The position numbers and the translations under genes were made by a program. Below, piece after piece: positions 12,986 to 25,317 of a stretch of 64,000 bases of DNA. This DNA comes from Octopus sinensis (lineage: Eukaryota): positions 153,822,001 through 153,886,000 of the forward strand of contig NC_043000.1 in NCBI RefSeq assembly GCF_006345805.1, written 5' to 3'. Position 1 is the stretch's first letter. Each line of letters begins with the position of its first letter. Under the pieces are notes generated by a model. It did not search any database and had not been told where the DNA came from. It saw nothing but the letters and a program-made list of their open reading frames with translations.

Positions 12986-13295
12986 TGTATGTATTTATGT
13001 ATTTATACATACGCACAAGTATGCGGGAAAATCGAGGGAGAGAGAGATTAACAGAGAAAGAAGGAGAAAGAGGAACTGCATTTTGGTCATATTGAATCTC
13101 TTAAATGCGTTACTCCATTTTATTCGTTATTTTGCTATAATTTAGAATATCACTTTCCGACGATGCATAATGTCGACTTACAAAATACACTTATGCAAGA
13201 GTAGTACGGGAAACTTGTTATCACATATCGGCTTTCGTGGTAGGAGAGTACGATAATTAGTATAGGACTCTAGGAAAACTAGTATTATCTTAACT

Positions 13296-13321
13296 TCATC
13301 ATCATCACCACCAGTACCACC

Positions 13322-13352
<31 letters not shown>

Positions 13353-13395
13353 ACATCATTATCATCATCCCATCATCATCATCATTATCATTCAC
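13296..13395. repeat. (CAT)n/(CAC)n repeat
   Basis: Directly visible. Confidence 0.9.
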
Positions 13396-14573
13396 TTCCT
13401 CATAATTTTTCTACTAATATTAACTCTTTCTAATTTTAACACAAGGCCAGCAATTTTTAGAGGGAGGTGTCGAGTCGATTACTTTCATCTATCAATGCCG
13501 AAATTAGGAAAAGCAATGTCGTACTTTGGAATACTCGTATGAAAATTTTCATTCTCATATTTGCTCTCATTTGGAAGGGTTAGTGAAGAACAAAAGAAAA
13601 AAAACCTCTTGTAATTGCAAGAAACTTAACATGGTTTCTAATCAGTAAATAACCTCACACAAAATGAGAGAATATAATCTGATACTTACATCACCAAGAT
13701 GCAGTAAGAGTTATGATATATTGCTCAGTAAAAACTTTCATAGGAATATTTGTATATTGGTAAAATGCATTTATATAATAACTTTTATTTGTAGAATGAT
13801 GTATGGGGATTCTATTAACGCTTTTAGTTGTTGACTTTCAAAAGCATAATCTACCGTTGTTTATAGGAAGTTGTCATAAATACAAATATTGTGTAAAGGT
13901 TAATATACGACATGAATGTGAAAGCGCGTAACCCTTGTGATCAAGGTCTTTGTCTTCTGATCATAACGTCATGATTTTTAAATATATGACCAGAATGGGC
14001 GGCGTGTTGTTTTTCTTGATAAACTTTCTCCGATTTATTTAACTGTAACGAGCACTACAGGAGTACTGTTATAGCCATTTCTCCTACCTGCTCTCCAATC
14101 CTGGGTGAAGAGCGCGTGAGATTTATTTATGCTGGCGACTACAGAGTCGCTTAAAAGAAATAACAAACACATGGTACATACTACTAAGTCATACTGGCAG
14201 GCAAGTATCGGCTGACTAAGTTGGGACTTAATGTAGCTTCAAAACTGCTCACAATTGTGCATGTACAACTTGGCAGCAATTAATTTAAGCATAGCAAATG
14301 TCATAGAAAATTGATATAGATTATTGAGATTAATATCTATTTCTACAAGGCTACTTATATAGTCTTCAAGTGTTTCTGTATTGCATAGTTGTCTCTTATG
14401 AGCTTTACCTACGCCTGTTCACATAATTTCAGCTTCTTTCAGAAATACTATTTCACAAATCATAGTAGTCGTTTAATAGTCGACATAACAATACAAAATT
14501 AATATGATATTGTGAAGAACTGTGCATAAAATCCAAAGAAGCAGCTGTATGTTTTTTTTAACAATACGAATAT

Positions 14574-14650
14574 ATGCAAATTAAAGAATATCTCTTTAAT
14601 TATGCAAATTAAAGAATGTCTCTTTATGCAAATTAAAGTATGTCTCTCTT
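14574..14650 (+). repeat. Three-copy 24-28-bp tandem repeat, each unit with the octamer ATGCAAAT
   Basis: ATGCAAATTAAAG at 14574, 14602, 14626, each followed by (A/T)AT(A/G)TCTCT. Confidence 0.85.
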
Positions 14651-14871
14651 CTCCTACCTGTAATTGCTATAACTGCAATGTACACAGGCTCTTCTGTAAG
14701 ACGTTGATAAATTGCCTATAAGGATAGACATAGGCACATTCCAGAAAATTGAACTATAGAGATCTTGCTTGGGCTTTCTCATACGACATTTGAGACTGGC
14801 CATTTTATGTATATTTCCCAAGATTATTTTTGATATAAAAAAGAAAACTATGTATTTATCAAACCACGAGT

Positions 14872-14874
14872 AAT

Positions 14875-14946
<72 letters not shown>

Positions 14947-14995
14947 TATAATTATAATAATAATAATAATAATGGCATGAACTGCTCTCTCACTC

Positions 14996-15022
<27 letters not shown>
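14872..15022. repeat. (AAC)n-(AAT)n microsatellite
   Basis: Directly visible. Confidence 0.95.
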
Positions 15023-15027
<5 letters not shown>

Positions 15028-15030
15028 TAA

Positions 15031-15247
15031 TGGTTTCAAATTTTGGCGGAAGGCCAACAATTTCTGGTTGAATGGGGGATAAATCGATTACATTGACTCC
15101 AGTGATCAACTGGTACTTATTTTATCGACCACGAAAGGATGAAAAGCAAAGTCGAATTCGGCGGAATTTGAACTCAGAACATGGAGACGGACGAAATGTC
15201 GCTAAGCATTTTCTCGGCATGATCACGATTCTGCCAGCTCTTCACTT
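15031..15247 (-). mobile_element. tRNA-derived SINE family B
   Basis: Family core GGTACTTATTTTATCGAC...GAAAGGATGAAAAGCAAAGTCG...GGAATTTGAACTC; the core resembles, from memory, MetaSINE-type central domains (unverified). Confidence 0.8.
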
Positions 15248-15484
15248 TAGTATTATTAATATTAATAATAGTTCATATTTCAGCACAAAGCCAGAAATTT
15301 CGGGGAAGGGGTTATGTCGAATATATCTACCCCAGTGCTCAACAGGTGCTTATTTTCTGAACGTCGAAAGGACAAAAGGCAAATATGTCCTAGGGTGGAA
15401 TTCTGTCAGTGATGGTGTCACGGGAAAGACGATAATGGTGGCTGTGCAACCTAAAATTTATTAACTCTCATCATAAGTGCTGAA

Positions 15485-15889
15485 ATGTCAAATAAAAATA
15501 GAAATGAGGACGACGTGAAAAAGGCTGGAACAACTTGTGAAGTCCCATCACCCGGCGGGTACCCCATGGGTAAGTAGGGTGGGCCCAGTTGTCATCCAGC
15601 TACTTCTGAAAGAAGGTGGGCGAAAGAAATGAATGTGGTTGTAATGGAGTGCTGACAACAAGGTATGCGATAAGGAAGAAAGAAAAGTCGATAGAAGTGA
15701 GTAAAAGTCTTGAGAAGTGCATGGAACAAAAAGGGGCTCCAATAAGGGCGGACCACTTCCAGAAAACAGCACTGCTTGGAACCGCTCGAATACTCTGGAT
15801 GGTGCTCGAAAAATAAGAGGTGTTACTTAGTTCACTCGTAGTGAACAGCTGACACCGTAGTACATCTCCAGTGTTAGAAGCTATGCAAA

Positions 15890-15891
<2 letters not shown>
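15485..15891 (+). mobile_element. Internally deleted R4/Dong-like element (N-terminus fused to C-terminus and 3' UTR)
   Basis: ATG 15485 frame reads HPATSERRWAKEMNVVVMEC; next segment reads SKSLEKCMEQ..QKTALLGTARIL; 3' UTR hairpin GTTCACT-CGT-AGTGAAC; ends at (TAA)n. Confidence 0.7.
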
Positions 15892-15932
<41 letters not shown>

Positions 15933-15956
15933 TAATAATAATAATAATAATAATAA
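15892..15956. repeat. (TAA)n microsatellite
   Basis: Directly visible. Confidence 0.95.
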
Positions 15957-15984
15957 CTACTATTTTTTTTCATTATTATTGTAA

Positions 15985-18130
15985 TCTGAGGTCAACCTGT
16001 AAAGCATAATGATGAAGCAGATTGGCTGCCTGAAGTCCAAGATGAGTTAAGAAATATGCAAAGCCAAGACAACATAAAGATAACTAGAGAAATGATAAAA
16101 CAATAAAGAAAAATCCCAAATCTGAAAAGCTTAGGACTGGGTGGGGTGCAAGTTTATTGGCTGAAGAATTTGAGGGACCCCATGAGAGGATAGCGCAACA
16201 GCTAGATGAGGGCTTGCAGGGAGGCACAGTACCCAGCTGGATAACAAAGAGGAAGACATTGTTACGTGCCAAGGATGCTGAAATTGGTAGTATTTTATCC
16301 AACTTATGACCAATAATGTGTCTCCCGCTTATGTGGAAGCTTTTGTCAGGTGCTTTAGCTGGTGAACTGTATAAACACTTAGTAAAAAGTGGCGTGCTAG
16401 CTATTGAACAGAAAGAGGAGTGGGAGAACGTAAGATCAGCTGTTAATTGATAATCTAATTATCAGAAACTGCAAAAAACACAAACCTGAGTATGGTACGG
16501 AACGATTATAGTAAAGAATGTGATACTACACTTCTGGATAACAAGAACCATGGAAATGTATTGAGTGGCAGAAAACATAAAAAAGCCTTATATGGAACAA
16601 TATGAAAAGTTGGATAACTAAAATGACAACTGAGAATCAGGTATTAAGAGTGATGAAAATAAAGAGAGGAATCTTCCAGAGGGACAGTGTATCCCCATTA
16701 TCTTTGTGCTGGGAATGATCCCCTTGAGTGAAATACTACAGAAGACAAAATTGGGGTATGACCTGGGAAGCGGTAAAACTGAAACACCTGCGATTCACAG
16801 ATGACGTGTAGTTGTTCATAAAGAGGGAGGCAGAACTGGACAACCTAGTCCAGTCTGCGCGGATTTTCTTGAGTGATTTCAAGATGGAGATTGGACTCTC
16901 AAAATGTGCTACGATGGTGATGAGACGAGGAGATCTTGATAGGACAGAATGCGTATGTATGCCAAGGGGGTAAATGATGAAGGTAATTGAACCTGAATCC
17001 GGATATAAATGCCTGGCAATACGTGGGACAGATTGTGGAGGCGCAATGGCCCAGTGGTTTGGGCAGCGGACTCGCGGTCATAGGATTGCAGTTTCGATTC
17101 CCAGACCTGGCGTTGTGAGTGTTTATTGAGCGAAAACACCTAAAGCTCCACGAGGCTCCGGCAGGGGATGGTGGTGATCCCTGCTGTACTCTTTCACCAC
17201 AACTTTCTCTCACTCTTACTTCCTGTTTCTGTTGTACCTGTATTTCAAAGGGCCGGCCTTGTCACTCTCTGTGTCACGCTGAATATCCCCGAGAACTACG
17301 TTAAGGGTACACGTGTCTGTGGAGTGCTCAGCCACTTACACGTTAATTTCACGAGCAGGCTGTTCCGTTGATTCGGATCAACCGGAACCCTCGTCGTCGT
17401 AACCGACGGAGTGCTTCCAGTGGGACAGATGGAATTAAACACAACGATATGAAGGAAAAGACAAAGAAAGAGTACCTACAGCGGGTGAGAAAAATATTGG
17501 TTTCAAAGCTTAATGCCAGAAACTTAATTCCGGCAATAAACTCGCGTGAAGCTACAGTGGTACAGTATGGCGCAGGAATTCTGAAGTGGACAGAGAAGCT
17601 AAAGGAGTTGGACAGGAAGATAAGAAAGATTTTAATGATGCATGAGGCCTATCATCCACGAGCAGATACTGATTGTCTATACGTGAAAAGAGCCAATAGA
17701 GGAAGGGGACTGATAAGTGTGGAAGGCTGCGTACATATTAAACTTGAGAGTTTACTGACATTTCTATCCTAAAATAAGGAAACCTTGCTAGTGTCAGTTA
17801 GGAACAAGGGAGTATTGAATGCAGAGAAAAGGGGAAAAACAAAGCAAGAAGTACAAAAAGGACATGAAGAAGTATTACGCAACGATTTCATGTAGCCACA
17901 ACTGAAGTTGCTGGAAAACACAAGTGGGACTGTCTGAAGAAAGGAGCAATAGGAAAAGAGACCGAGACTGCCATACTGGGAGCGCAAGACCAAGCTTTTG
18001 TCAGAAATTGGAGGGTCAATCTTAGGAATGAGCAAGTCTCTTTACTGTGCCACATCTGTATTAGCATGGTCGAAACTACCGCACATATTGCGAACGAATT
18101 GCCAAAACCATTACAAGTTGTGGTAACACG
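15985..18130 (+). mobile_element. Decayed R4/Dong-like non-LTR retrotransposon RT region, truncated at both ends
   Basis: Broken frames: KHNDEADWLPEV, CLPLMWKLL, IFQ.DSVSPL, FTDD (YADD-equivalent), KEYLQRVRKILVSKLN, RGLISVEGCV, CHIC..ETTAHI zinc knuckle; interrupted by SINE C. Confidence 0.88.
17035..17419 (+). mobile_element. SINE family C inserted in the LINE
   Basis: Full copy; 11-bp TSD GTGGGACAGAT at 17023-17033 and 17420-17430. Confidence 0.95.
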
Positions 18131-18372
18131 GTGAATTAAGAACGTAAAATACGACAGACTTGCTTGACCAGATTAATAGGGATATTTGTATTTTCATAAT
18201 TGTTAGAATCCCTGTCAAATTGCTTTGAGTCATTTTTTCTGACATTTCGAAATCTAGTCAGCTTAGCCTTTTATCTTTCCAGGGCGAGTAAAATGAAGTA
18301 ACAGTCAGTTTCTGATACTGGTATAACCAAATCTATGCTCTTCTACATCTGCTAGAAATACTTATTGAATAG

Positions 18373-18798
18373 TAGGCGCAGGAGTGGCTATAGGCGCAGG
18401 AGTGTCTGTGTGGTAAGTAACTTGCTTACCAACCACATGGTTCCGGGTTCAGTCCCACTGCGTGGCATGTTGGGCAAGTGTCTTCTACTATAGCCTCGGG
18501 CCGGCCAAAGCCTTGTGAGTGGATTTGGTAGACGGAAACTGAAAGAAGCCCGTGGTATATATATATGTATATATATATATATATGTTTGTGTGTCTGTGT
18601 TTGTCTCCCTAGCATTGCTTGACAACCGATGCTGGTGTGTTTACGTCCCTGTCACTTAGCGATTCGGCAAACGAGATCGATAGAATAAGTACTGGGCTTA
18701 CAAAGAATAAGTCCTGGGGTCGATTTGCTCGATTAAAAAGGCGGTGCTCCAGCATGGCCGCAGTCAAATGACTGAAACAAGTAAAAGAGTAAAAGAGA
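18373..18798 (+). mobile_element. SINE family A, full length, duplicated 5' start
   Basis: AGGCGCAGGAGTG occurs twice at the start; tail GTAAAAGAGTAAAAGAG. Confidence 0.92.
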
Positions 18799-20460
18799 GT
18801 AGTTTATACAGCGAAGAGGAGGATCTGGAAGGCGACCAAGGAAGATTCATTTTGTTATTCAGTTACGTTATTTTCAGTCCAAATACACCTAGAGTCTATA
18901 TTATCTTTGAATATTTCAGGGGTCGATGAAATAACCAGTCAAGTATTGAGATTAATTAGATCTATCAAACTCACACCGTGTTGTACAATGCTTTGTTAGT
19001 TACAATCATTTATTAGAGGAAAACGTTTAGATGATATAAAACTAAGCAACGAAAATATACTACCAAATCAGTAACCAACATTTATTTTAATTTTCGCAAT
19101 GAGGGATGAAATAGCTTTATTATCATCAAAACAAACTGTTCAAAATTATTCATATGAAAAGAGTTAATTAGAGAATAAAATAGGTTAGTCTTTATCTATT
19201 ATGGGTGGATTAGAACTGAGTAACTTTCAGTTCAAATGTATACATCATTTTATTATTAGTCGCAGTATTATATTCAAATGCTCACCTTACACAAAACGTG
19301 GGGCAACTACATAGCGTCACGCAAGCAACAAGCACACGCATATATTCATTGACTCAAACGCGTGCGTACATAAACGCACAAACATACTTAGATACAACTC
19401 TAAAAATAAAATCCTATAACGTGTGGCTTCCAATATTTTCCCTTATTATTAATGGGCATTTCACAAATAACTTAACGTAGTATGAATAGTCTATCATCAA
19501 CGTGGCAAAGAAAAATAAAACTTATACATGAAAAATTTTTTTAAAAAACTATTGAAAATCCAAAGTATATTTAATATTTTATATTTTAATATTTGTCTAA
19601 TAATCTTATTCATAGTGTAAATTAAACCTCTAGCTTTTCATTTGTAATTTGTAAAAGAAAGCGAAATCATTGGTTGATATTTAGGTTGATTTTTATTTGA
19701 AAATACTCTATATAATAGTAACAATTTTTTTGTTGTGTGCTAGCTAGCAGAATTTAGATATTTATAACATGACTCAATCTGTTGAGTTCAGAATAATTGT
19801 ATAGATGTATAGAAGAGAAATAAGTATTAAAATAGAAATATGAGACAGAAATACATCACCGTGCAAAGTTTCGCCTAAAAATGTCGGCTGCAATTAATAC
19901 AGACATAACTTTAATAGCTTCTATTTGTTTCTTGTTGATTTTGGTTGTTTCCTTCGTTATTCGTAATTCTTTAATAGAACAACGAATAAACGTACAATCA
20001 CGCACACCTAGTCATAAAGATATTTCTGTAGTTTAATACATAGTAATATGCAATAAATTCTATAATAAAGTTGAGGACTTTTTCTTTTCTTTTTGTATAT
20101 CCACTGATTTTTGACTTGGTTCTATATTTAGGTTCGTAAAAGGAATTTTAAATTTTGCAGAGAAATTCATACTTGGTTTATTTGATAAATATTTATAGTG
20201 ATATAGTTTTTATTCCGTAAGTTTAATTTTAAATCTGTATTTGTCGAGAAGTGTGAAATAGAGAGAATTTTTTTTCCCTCATATTTCACGATATCATAAG
20301 TACATTTCAGACAAGACCATTTTGCAGTCTATGGATGAAAGAAACCGGTGTATATACATGTGTGTGTGTGCGTGTGTGAATGCGTATGTGCGTGCGTGTA
20401 TACGTTTGTGTTTCAGCTGCCAGAAAAGACAATTACGTCGATAAAAATCATACGTAATTA

Positions 20461-20680
20461 TCTATATATATAAAACTGAGAATGTCTGTCTCTGTCTGTC
20501 TGTGTGAATCCCTAAAACTTGAGAACTACACAACCAATTTCATTCAAATTGTACACATACCTTATTTAGGGTCCATGTAGTGTCATGTTTAACTTCTTGC
20601 CTAGGGCGAGCCCACAGCAATACCACACCTTCTACACTATTTCAGTATTACGTGTTAAAAGTGAAACAAAAGCATCTCTC
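20461..20680 (+). mobile_element. Helitron-like non-autonomous element, 5' end
   Basis: A|TC start, TCTATATATATAAAACTGAG followed by (TCTG)n, a layout common in non-autonomous Helitrons. Confidence 0.55.
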
Positions 20681-20699
20681 TATTGTATGTATATGGATG

Positions 20700-20738
<39 letters not shown>

Positions 20739-20886
20739 CGTGTATATGTATAGGTGTATATGCTACATGTATGACTAGATGTATATATATAGAGAGATGT
20801 ACATGTAATATGTACACATATATACATGTATACATATATACACCCATATACACATACACACACACACCGATCCACCACCACCCCGC

Positions 20887-21210
20887 ACACACATACATAG
20901 GTGCAGGTGTGGCTGTGTGGTAACAAACTTGGTTCCAAAACACATGGTCCTCAGTTTAGTCCCACTGTGTGGTAACTTGGCATGTCTTCTGCTATAGCCT
21001 CAGACCAACCAAAGCCTTGTCAGTGGATTTTGTAGACAGAAACTGAAAGAAATCAATTGTATGTATTTGTATGAATATATGTAAGTCTATGTGTGTGTCT
21101 TTGTGTTTCTCCCTCATCACTGCTTCACAACTGGTATTCGTTTATTTACATCCTCATAACTTACTTGTTTCGCAAGAAGAAACTGATAGAATAAGTACCA
21201 GGCTTATCAA
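20887..21210 (+). mobile_element. Diverged SINE family A
   Basis: Head GGTGCAGGTGTGGCTGTGTGG, core GTAGACAGAAACTGAAAGAA, GATAGAATAAGTACCAGG. Confidence 0.75.
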
Positions 21211-21307
21211 AATATAAAAAAGCACTACGCAGTGTCTCATATTTTTGTTTGCCCACTCAGTTGTATCTCTCAATTTATCTTTGTGTGTGTGTACACACAC
21301 ACACACA

Positions 21308-21406
<99 letters not shown>

Positions 21407-21483
21407 ATATATATGGATTTCGTAGACAAGAACTGAAACAAATCAATCGTATATATATGTATGTATATATGTAAGTGTATATG

Positions 21484-23387
21484 TTTTGGTATTGGCAACA
21501 TGAATGACAATGGTCAGAGACTACTTGAATTTTGCACATACCATAACCTGTGCATCACTAACACATTCTTTGCCTACAAGATATCCCACAAGGCATCTTG
21601 GAGACATCCGAGATCTCACCACTGGCATCAGCTGGATCTCATCATTACACGAAGATCCTTTCTGAATTCTGTTCAACTGACCCGTAGTTATCACAGCGCG
21701 GATTGTGACACAGATCATTCCCTAATAAGAAGCAGGGTGACGATTCTGCCTAAAAAAGTCCACCATTCCAAGAAAATGGGCCGACCACGCATTAACACTG
21801 CCAGAACCTCCGATCCTACACTGCGACAATGTTTTGCTGTTTCTATCAAAGTTGCCCTCAGTAGCTGCCCAACCTCCTCAGTTGAAAGTAGGTGGAATTA
21901 TATCAGGGAAGCTTTGTATACCACATCAATAGATACTTTCGGCATGAGAGAAAGGCAAAACCCAGATTGGTTCAATGCTGGGCTCTCAGAGCTGGAAACA
22001 ATTATCGAAACAAAGTGTGCAGCTCTGATGCAATACAAGAGTGATTCTTCTACAAAATCACTCGAAGAACTCAGAAATAAAACCCAACTGACTGCCAGAT
22101 GCTGTGCAAATAGGTATTGGCATGAAATCTCTATCAGAGTATCCATCAGCTGCTGACAGTGGCGACACCCGTGGGATGTATGCCGGTTTGAAGAAGGCTC
22201 TCGGTCCATCCGCAACCAAGTCAGCCCCTTTGAAATCAACTACTGGAGGTCTCATCAAGGACCAAAGCAAGCAAATAGATAGATGGGTGGAGTACTACCA
22301 CGGTAGCTGAGGTTGCAATCGAGGGTGTCAAGATCTTGCCAGTCGTGTGTAAACTTGAGAGTCTGCCATCTATAGCAGAGCTCACCAAGGCTATTGACTC
22401 CCTAACAAGTAAAAAGGCTCCGTGAAAAGATGACATCTCCTTAGAGATCATCAAAACCGGCAAAAACACCATCCTGCTTTGGCACCTTCATGAGCTTCTG
22501 TGTCAGTGCTGGGAAGAGGGTACAGTCCCTCAGGATATGCGGGATGTTAACATCATTACGCTTTACAAAAACAAAGGTGACCGTGGTGATTGTAGCAATT
22601 ACCGTGGAATATCTCTTCTTAGCACTGTTGGAAAGGCCTTTGCTCACATTATCCTGTCCAGGCTACAACTGCTTGCTTCTCGAATTTATCCAGAATCGCA
22701 GTATGACTTTAGAAGAAGCAGATCAACTATTGACATGGTATTCTCCATACGCCAACTTCAGGAGAAGTCCAGAGAGCAAAAAATGCCATTCTATATGGCC
22801 TTCACTGATCAGACAAAGGCCGTTGACTTGGTAAGTAGAAAAGGCCTCTTCATTCTGCTCAAAAAAATCGGATGTCCACCAACGCTGCAGAGGATCAACA
22901 AATCTTTCCATGATGATATGCAAGACACCATACAGCACAATGGTTCAACATCAGCCGCCTTCCAAATAAAAAACGGGATAAAGCAAGGTTGTGTCCTTGC
23001 TCCTACATTATTTGGCATCTTCTCGCTGCTACTGTCACATGCCTTTGAGACATCAGATGATGGAGTGTTTCTGCACAGTAGAAGTGACGGGAAACTGTTC
23101 AATCTCTGGCGTCTACGTACCAAGACCAAAATCAGAAGCGTCCTGTTCAAGGAGGTGCTATTTGCTGATGATGCCGATCTGGTATCACACACAGAAAAAG
23201 CCCTGCAAAGGCTCATCGACTGTTTTGAGCAACCATGTAGCGACCAACATCATGGGTCAGGCTACATCGGACATCTCAAACATACATATTGAAGACCACA
23301 GACTACAGGAGTTAGAGAAGTTTACCTATCTTGGCTCTACCGTCACCTACAACCTATCCCCTGATACTGAGCTCAATATACGCATTG
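21484..23387 (+). mobile_element. RTE-clade LINE fragment (APE C-terminus plus RT), frameshifted
   Basis: GQRLLEFC, WRHPRSHHWHQLDLI, SADCDTDH (APE); YKNKGDRGDCSNYRGISLL, QGCVLAPTLF, LFADD, FTYLGS (RT). Confidence 0.93.
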
Positions 23388-23628
23388 AGCTCCATGGCCT
23401 TCATTTTTTAGGAGCAAAATCTTTTTAACAGGTTCAATAAGACTGGAATTCTGAAATATGCTCATAAAAATTAGTAGTATGGGATACATGTGGCACGATT
23501 ACAATTTTTCAGGGTGTGTAAAGAGGGAAATAACCCTCATCTGCAATTTTGATGAAATTCAAAACATAGATATTCCAGTTCATTACAGAAAATATAACAG
23601 AAAAATCTAATTCTTCAAATGAATGTAA

Positions 23629-23655
23629 CCTGGCAACGCCGGGTATTACTGGTAG
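23629..23655 (+). mobile_element. Helitron-like 3' terminus
   Basis: GC-rich hairpin CCTGGC-AAC-GCCGGG, 8 nt spacer, GTAG (CTAG variant) then T. Confidence 0.6.
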
Positions 23656-23725
23656 TAATATATATACCTTGGTTGATTTTTTTTTATTAAGTTTCGAATA
23701 AACGCAGTTACACACACGTTTTATG

Positions 23726-23727
<2 letters not shown>

Positions 23728-23765
<38 letters not shown>

Positions 23766-23767
23766 AT

Positions 23768-23839
<72 letters not shown>

Positions 23840-23844
23840 TGATA
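23728..23844. repeat. (GATA)n microsatellite
   Basis: Directly visible. Confidence 0.95.
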
Positions 23845-23968
23845 GGCTTCAGTAGTTGGCGTACATTAGATTCTACTCAAAGTATTCATGACACAAGTTG
23901 CTGCACGATGGGGTCGAACCCGAAACCACACGGTTCTGAAGCGAGCATTTTCATCACAATACCATACC
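23845..23968 (-). mobile_element. Old SINE A-related head fragment
   Basis: GGGTCGAACCCGAAACCAC B-box region resembles family A head. Confidence 0.5.
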
Positions 23969-24840
23969 TGATATTATGGTGTTGTAGTTGCTGATATGAG
24001 AATAAACGATCGGCATTTATTCTTATTATTCTTATTCTAGTTATTGGAAATATTCACTAACATAATATTTTGCTTAAATATCAGGGAAAAGAATGAGATG
24101 TTTCGACACTCATGCTTTCGTGTAGAGCATTACATATTTAAATGCAGCACTAAGTATTTGAAGGTTCCGACGTCAGGAAGGGTGTTTGGCTATTTTGTTT
24201 GTTTGTTTGTTTGTGTTTTTTTTTAGAATAAAGTATAAAATAGACATAAAATCGGGAAATAGGAATTTTGAAAGAAATAACTTTCAGGACGCATAAAATT
24301 TTATAGATTATGTTCAGTATAATTAACAGAATTACTGTGTCAGATTTAGCGAAGACCTCAAGGAATTAATTATTAGTAATAACAATTTTTATGACTTCAA
24401 TAGTAGTGATCAAGATTTTGTGTAATAAACCTCAAATTTGTTCAAAATTGGAAAATGACACTGGCATACTGGTTTATCTATATATCTTTTTAATAAGGAT
24501 TCAAACACTGTTTGCAAACTTACTGAAAAATATTTTTCAGTCATAAATTACAGATTAGCGAATCTAAACGACAATTATGCTTCAATTTCCGGTTGAGCCA
24601 TTTTACTTCAATTACTTCTTTAATATACTTGGGAGGGTTATAAAATGCAGTCAATCCTATCTCCACTTTTATATAAATTTGAAGCATTCTACCTCTGTAA
24701 ACACTACATTTTTCTTTCTTCATCATGTAATCCTAAGAGTAATACTATCGTCATTACTTATGATCTTAGTTTAAATATGACACCTCTATGCAGTCGCGCG
24801 ACCTTTTAGTATTAGTAGCCAAATTTCCCCCGAAATAATA

Positions 24841-25317
24841 GTTTCAAATTTTAGCACAAAGTCAGCAGTTTCAGGAGAGGGGTAAATCAGCTAAATGGAT
24901 CTCAGTACTCATGGATGAAAGGCAAAGTCAACGTCGACGGAATTCGAATTCAGAGCATAAAGACGAACAAAATATGTTTCTTGATTGCCCACAAGGGAAC
25001 TAAACATAGCGGGGACAAACAAAGGGATTAAGTCGATTACGCAACTGGTACTTATTTAATCGACCCCGAAAGGATGAAAAGCAAAGTCTTCTCTACCCAC
25101 AAGGGGTTAAACACAGAGAGGAAAAACAAGGACAGACAAACAGATTAAGTCGATTATATCGATCCCAGAGCGTAACTGGTACTTATTTAATCGACCCGGA
25201 AAGGATGAAAGGCAAAGTCGACCTCGGCGGAATTTGAACTCAGAAGGTAACGGCAGACGAAATACCGTTAAGCATTTCGCCCGCCGTGCTAACGTATCTG
25301 CCAGCCCGCCGCCTTTA
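24841..25317 (-). mobile_element. Cluster of three SINE B pieces (old copy, 3' partial, full copy)
   Basis: Family B core repeated at about 24900, 25050 and 25190; head ends CCAGCCCGCCGCCTT. Confidence 0.8.

Noticed and set aside
17035-17110. tRNA-like heads as tRNA genes
   Set aside because: A/B boxes are present but the acceptor and anticodon arms are incomplete and run into SINE bodies
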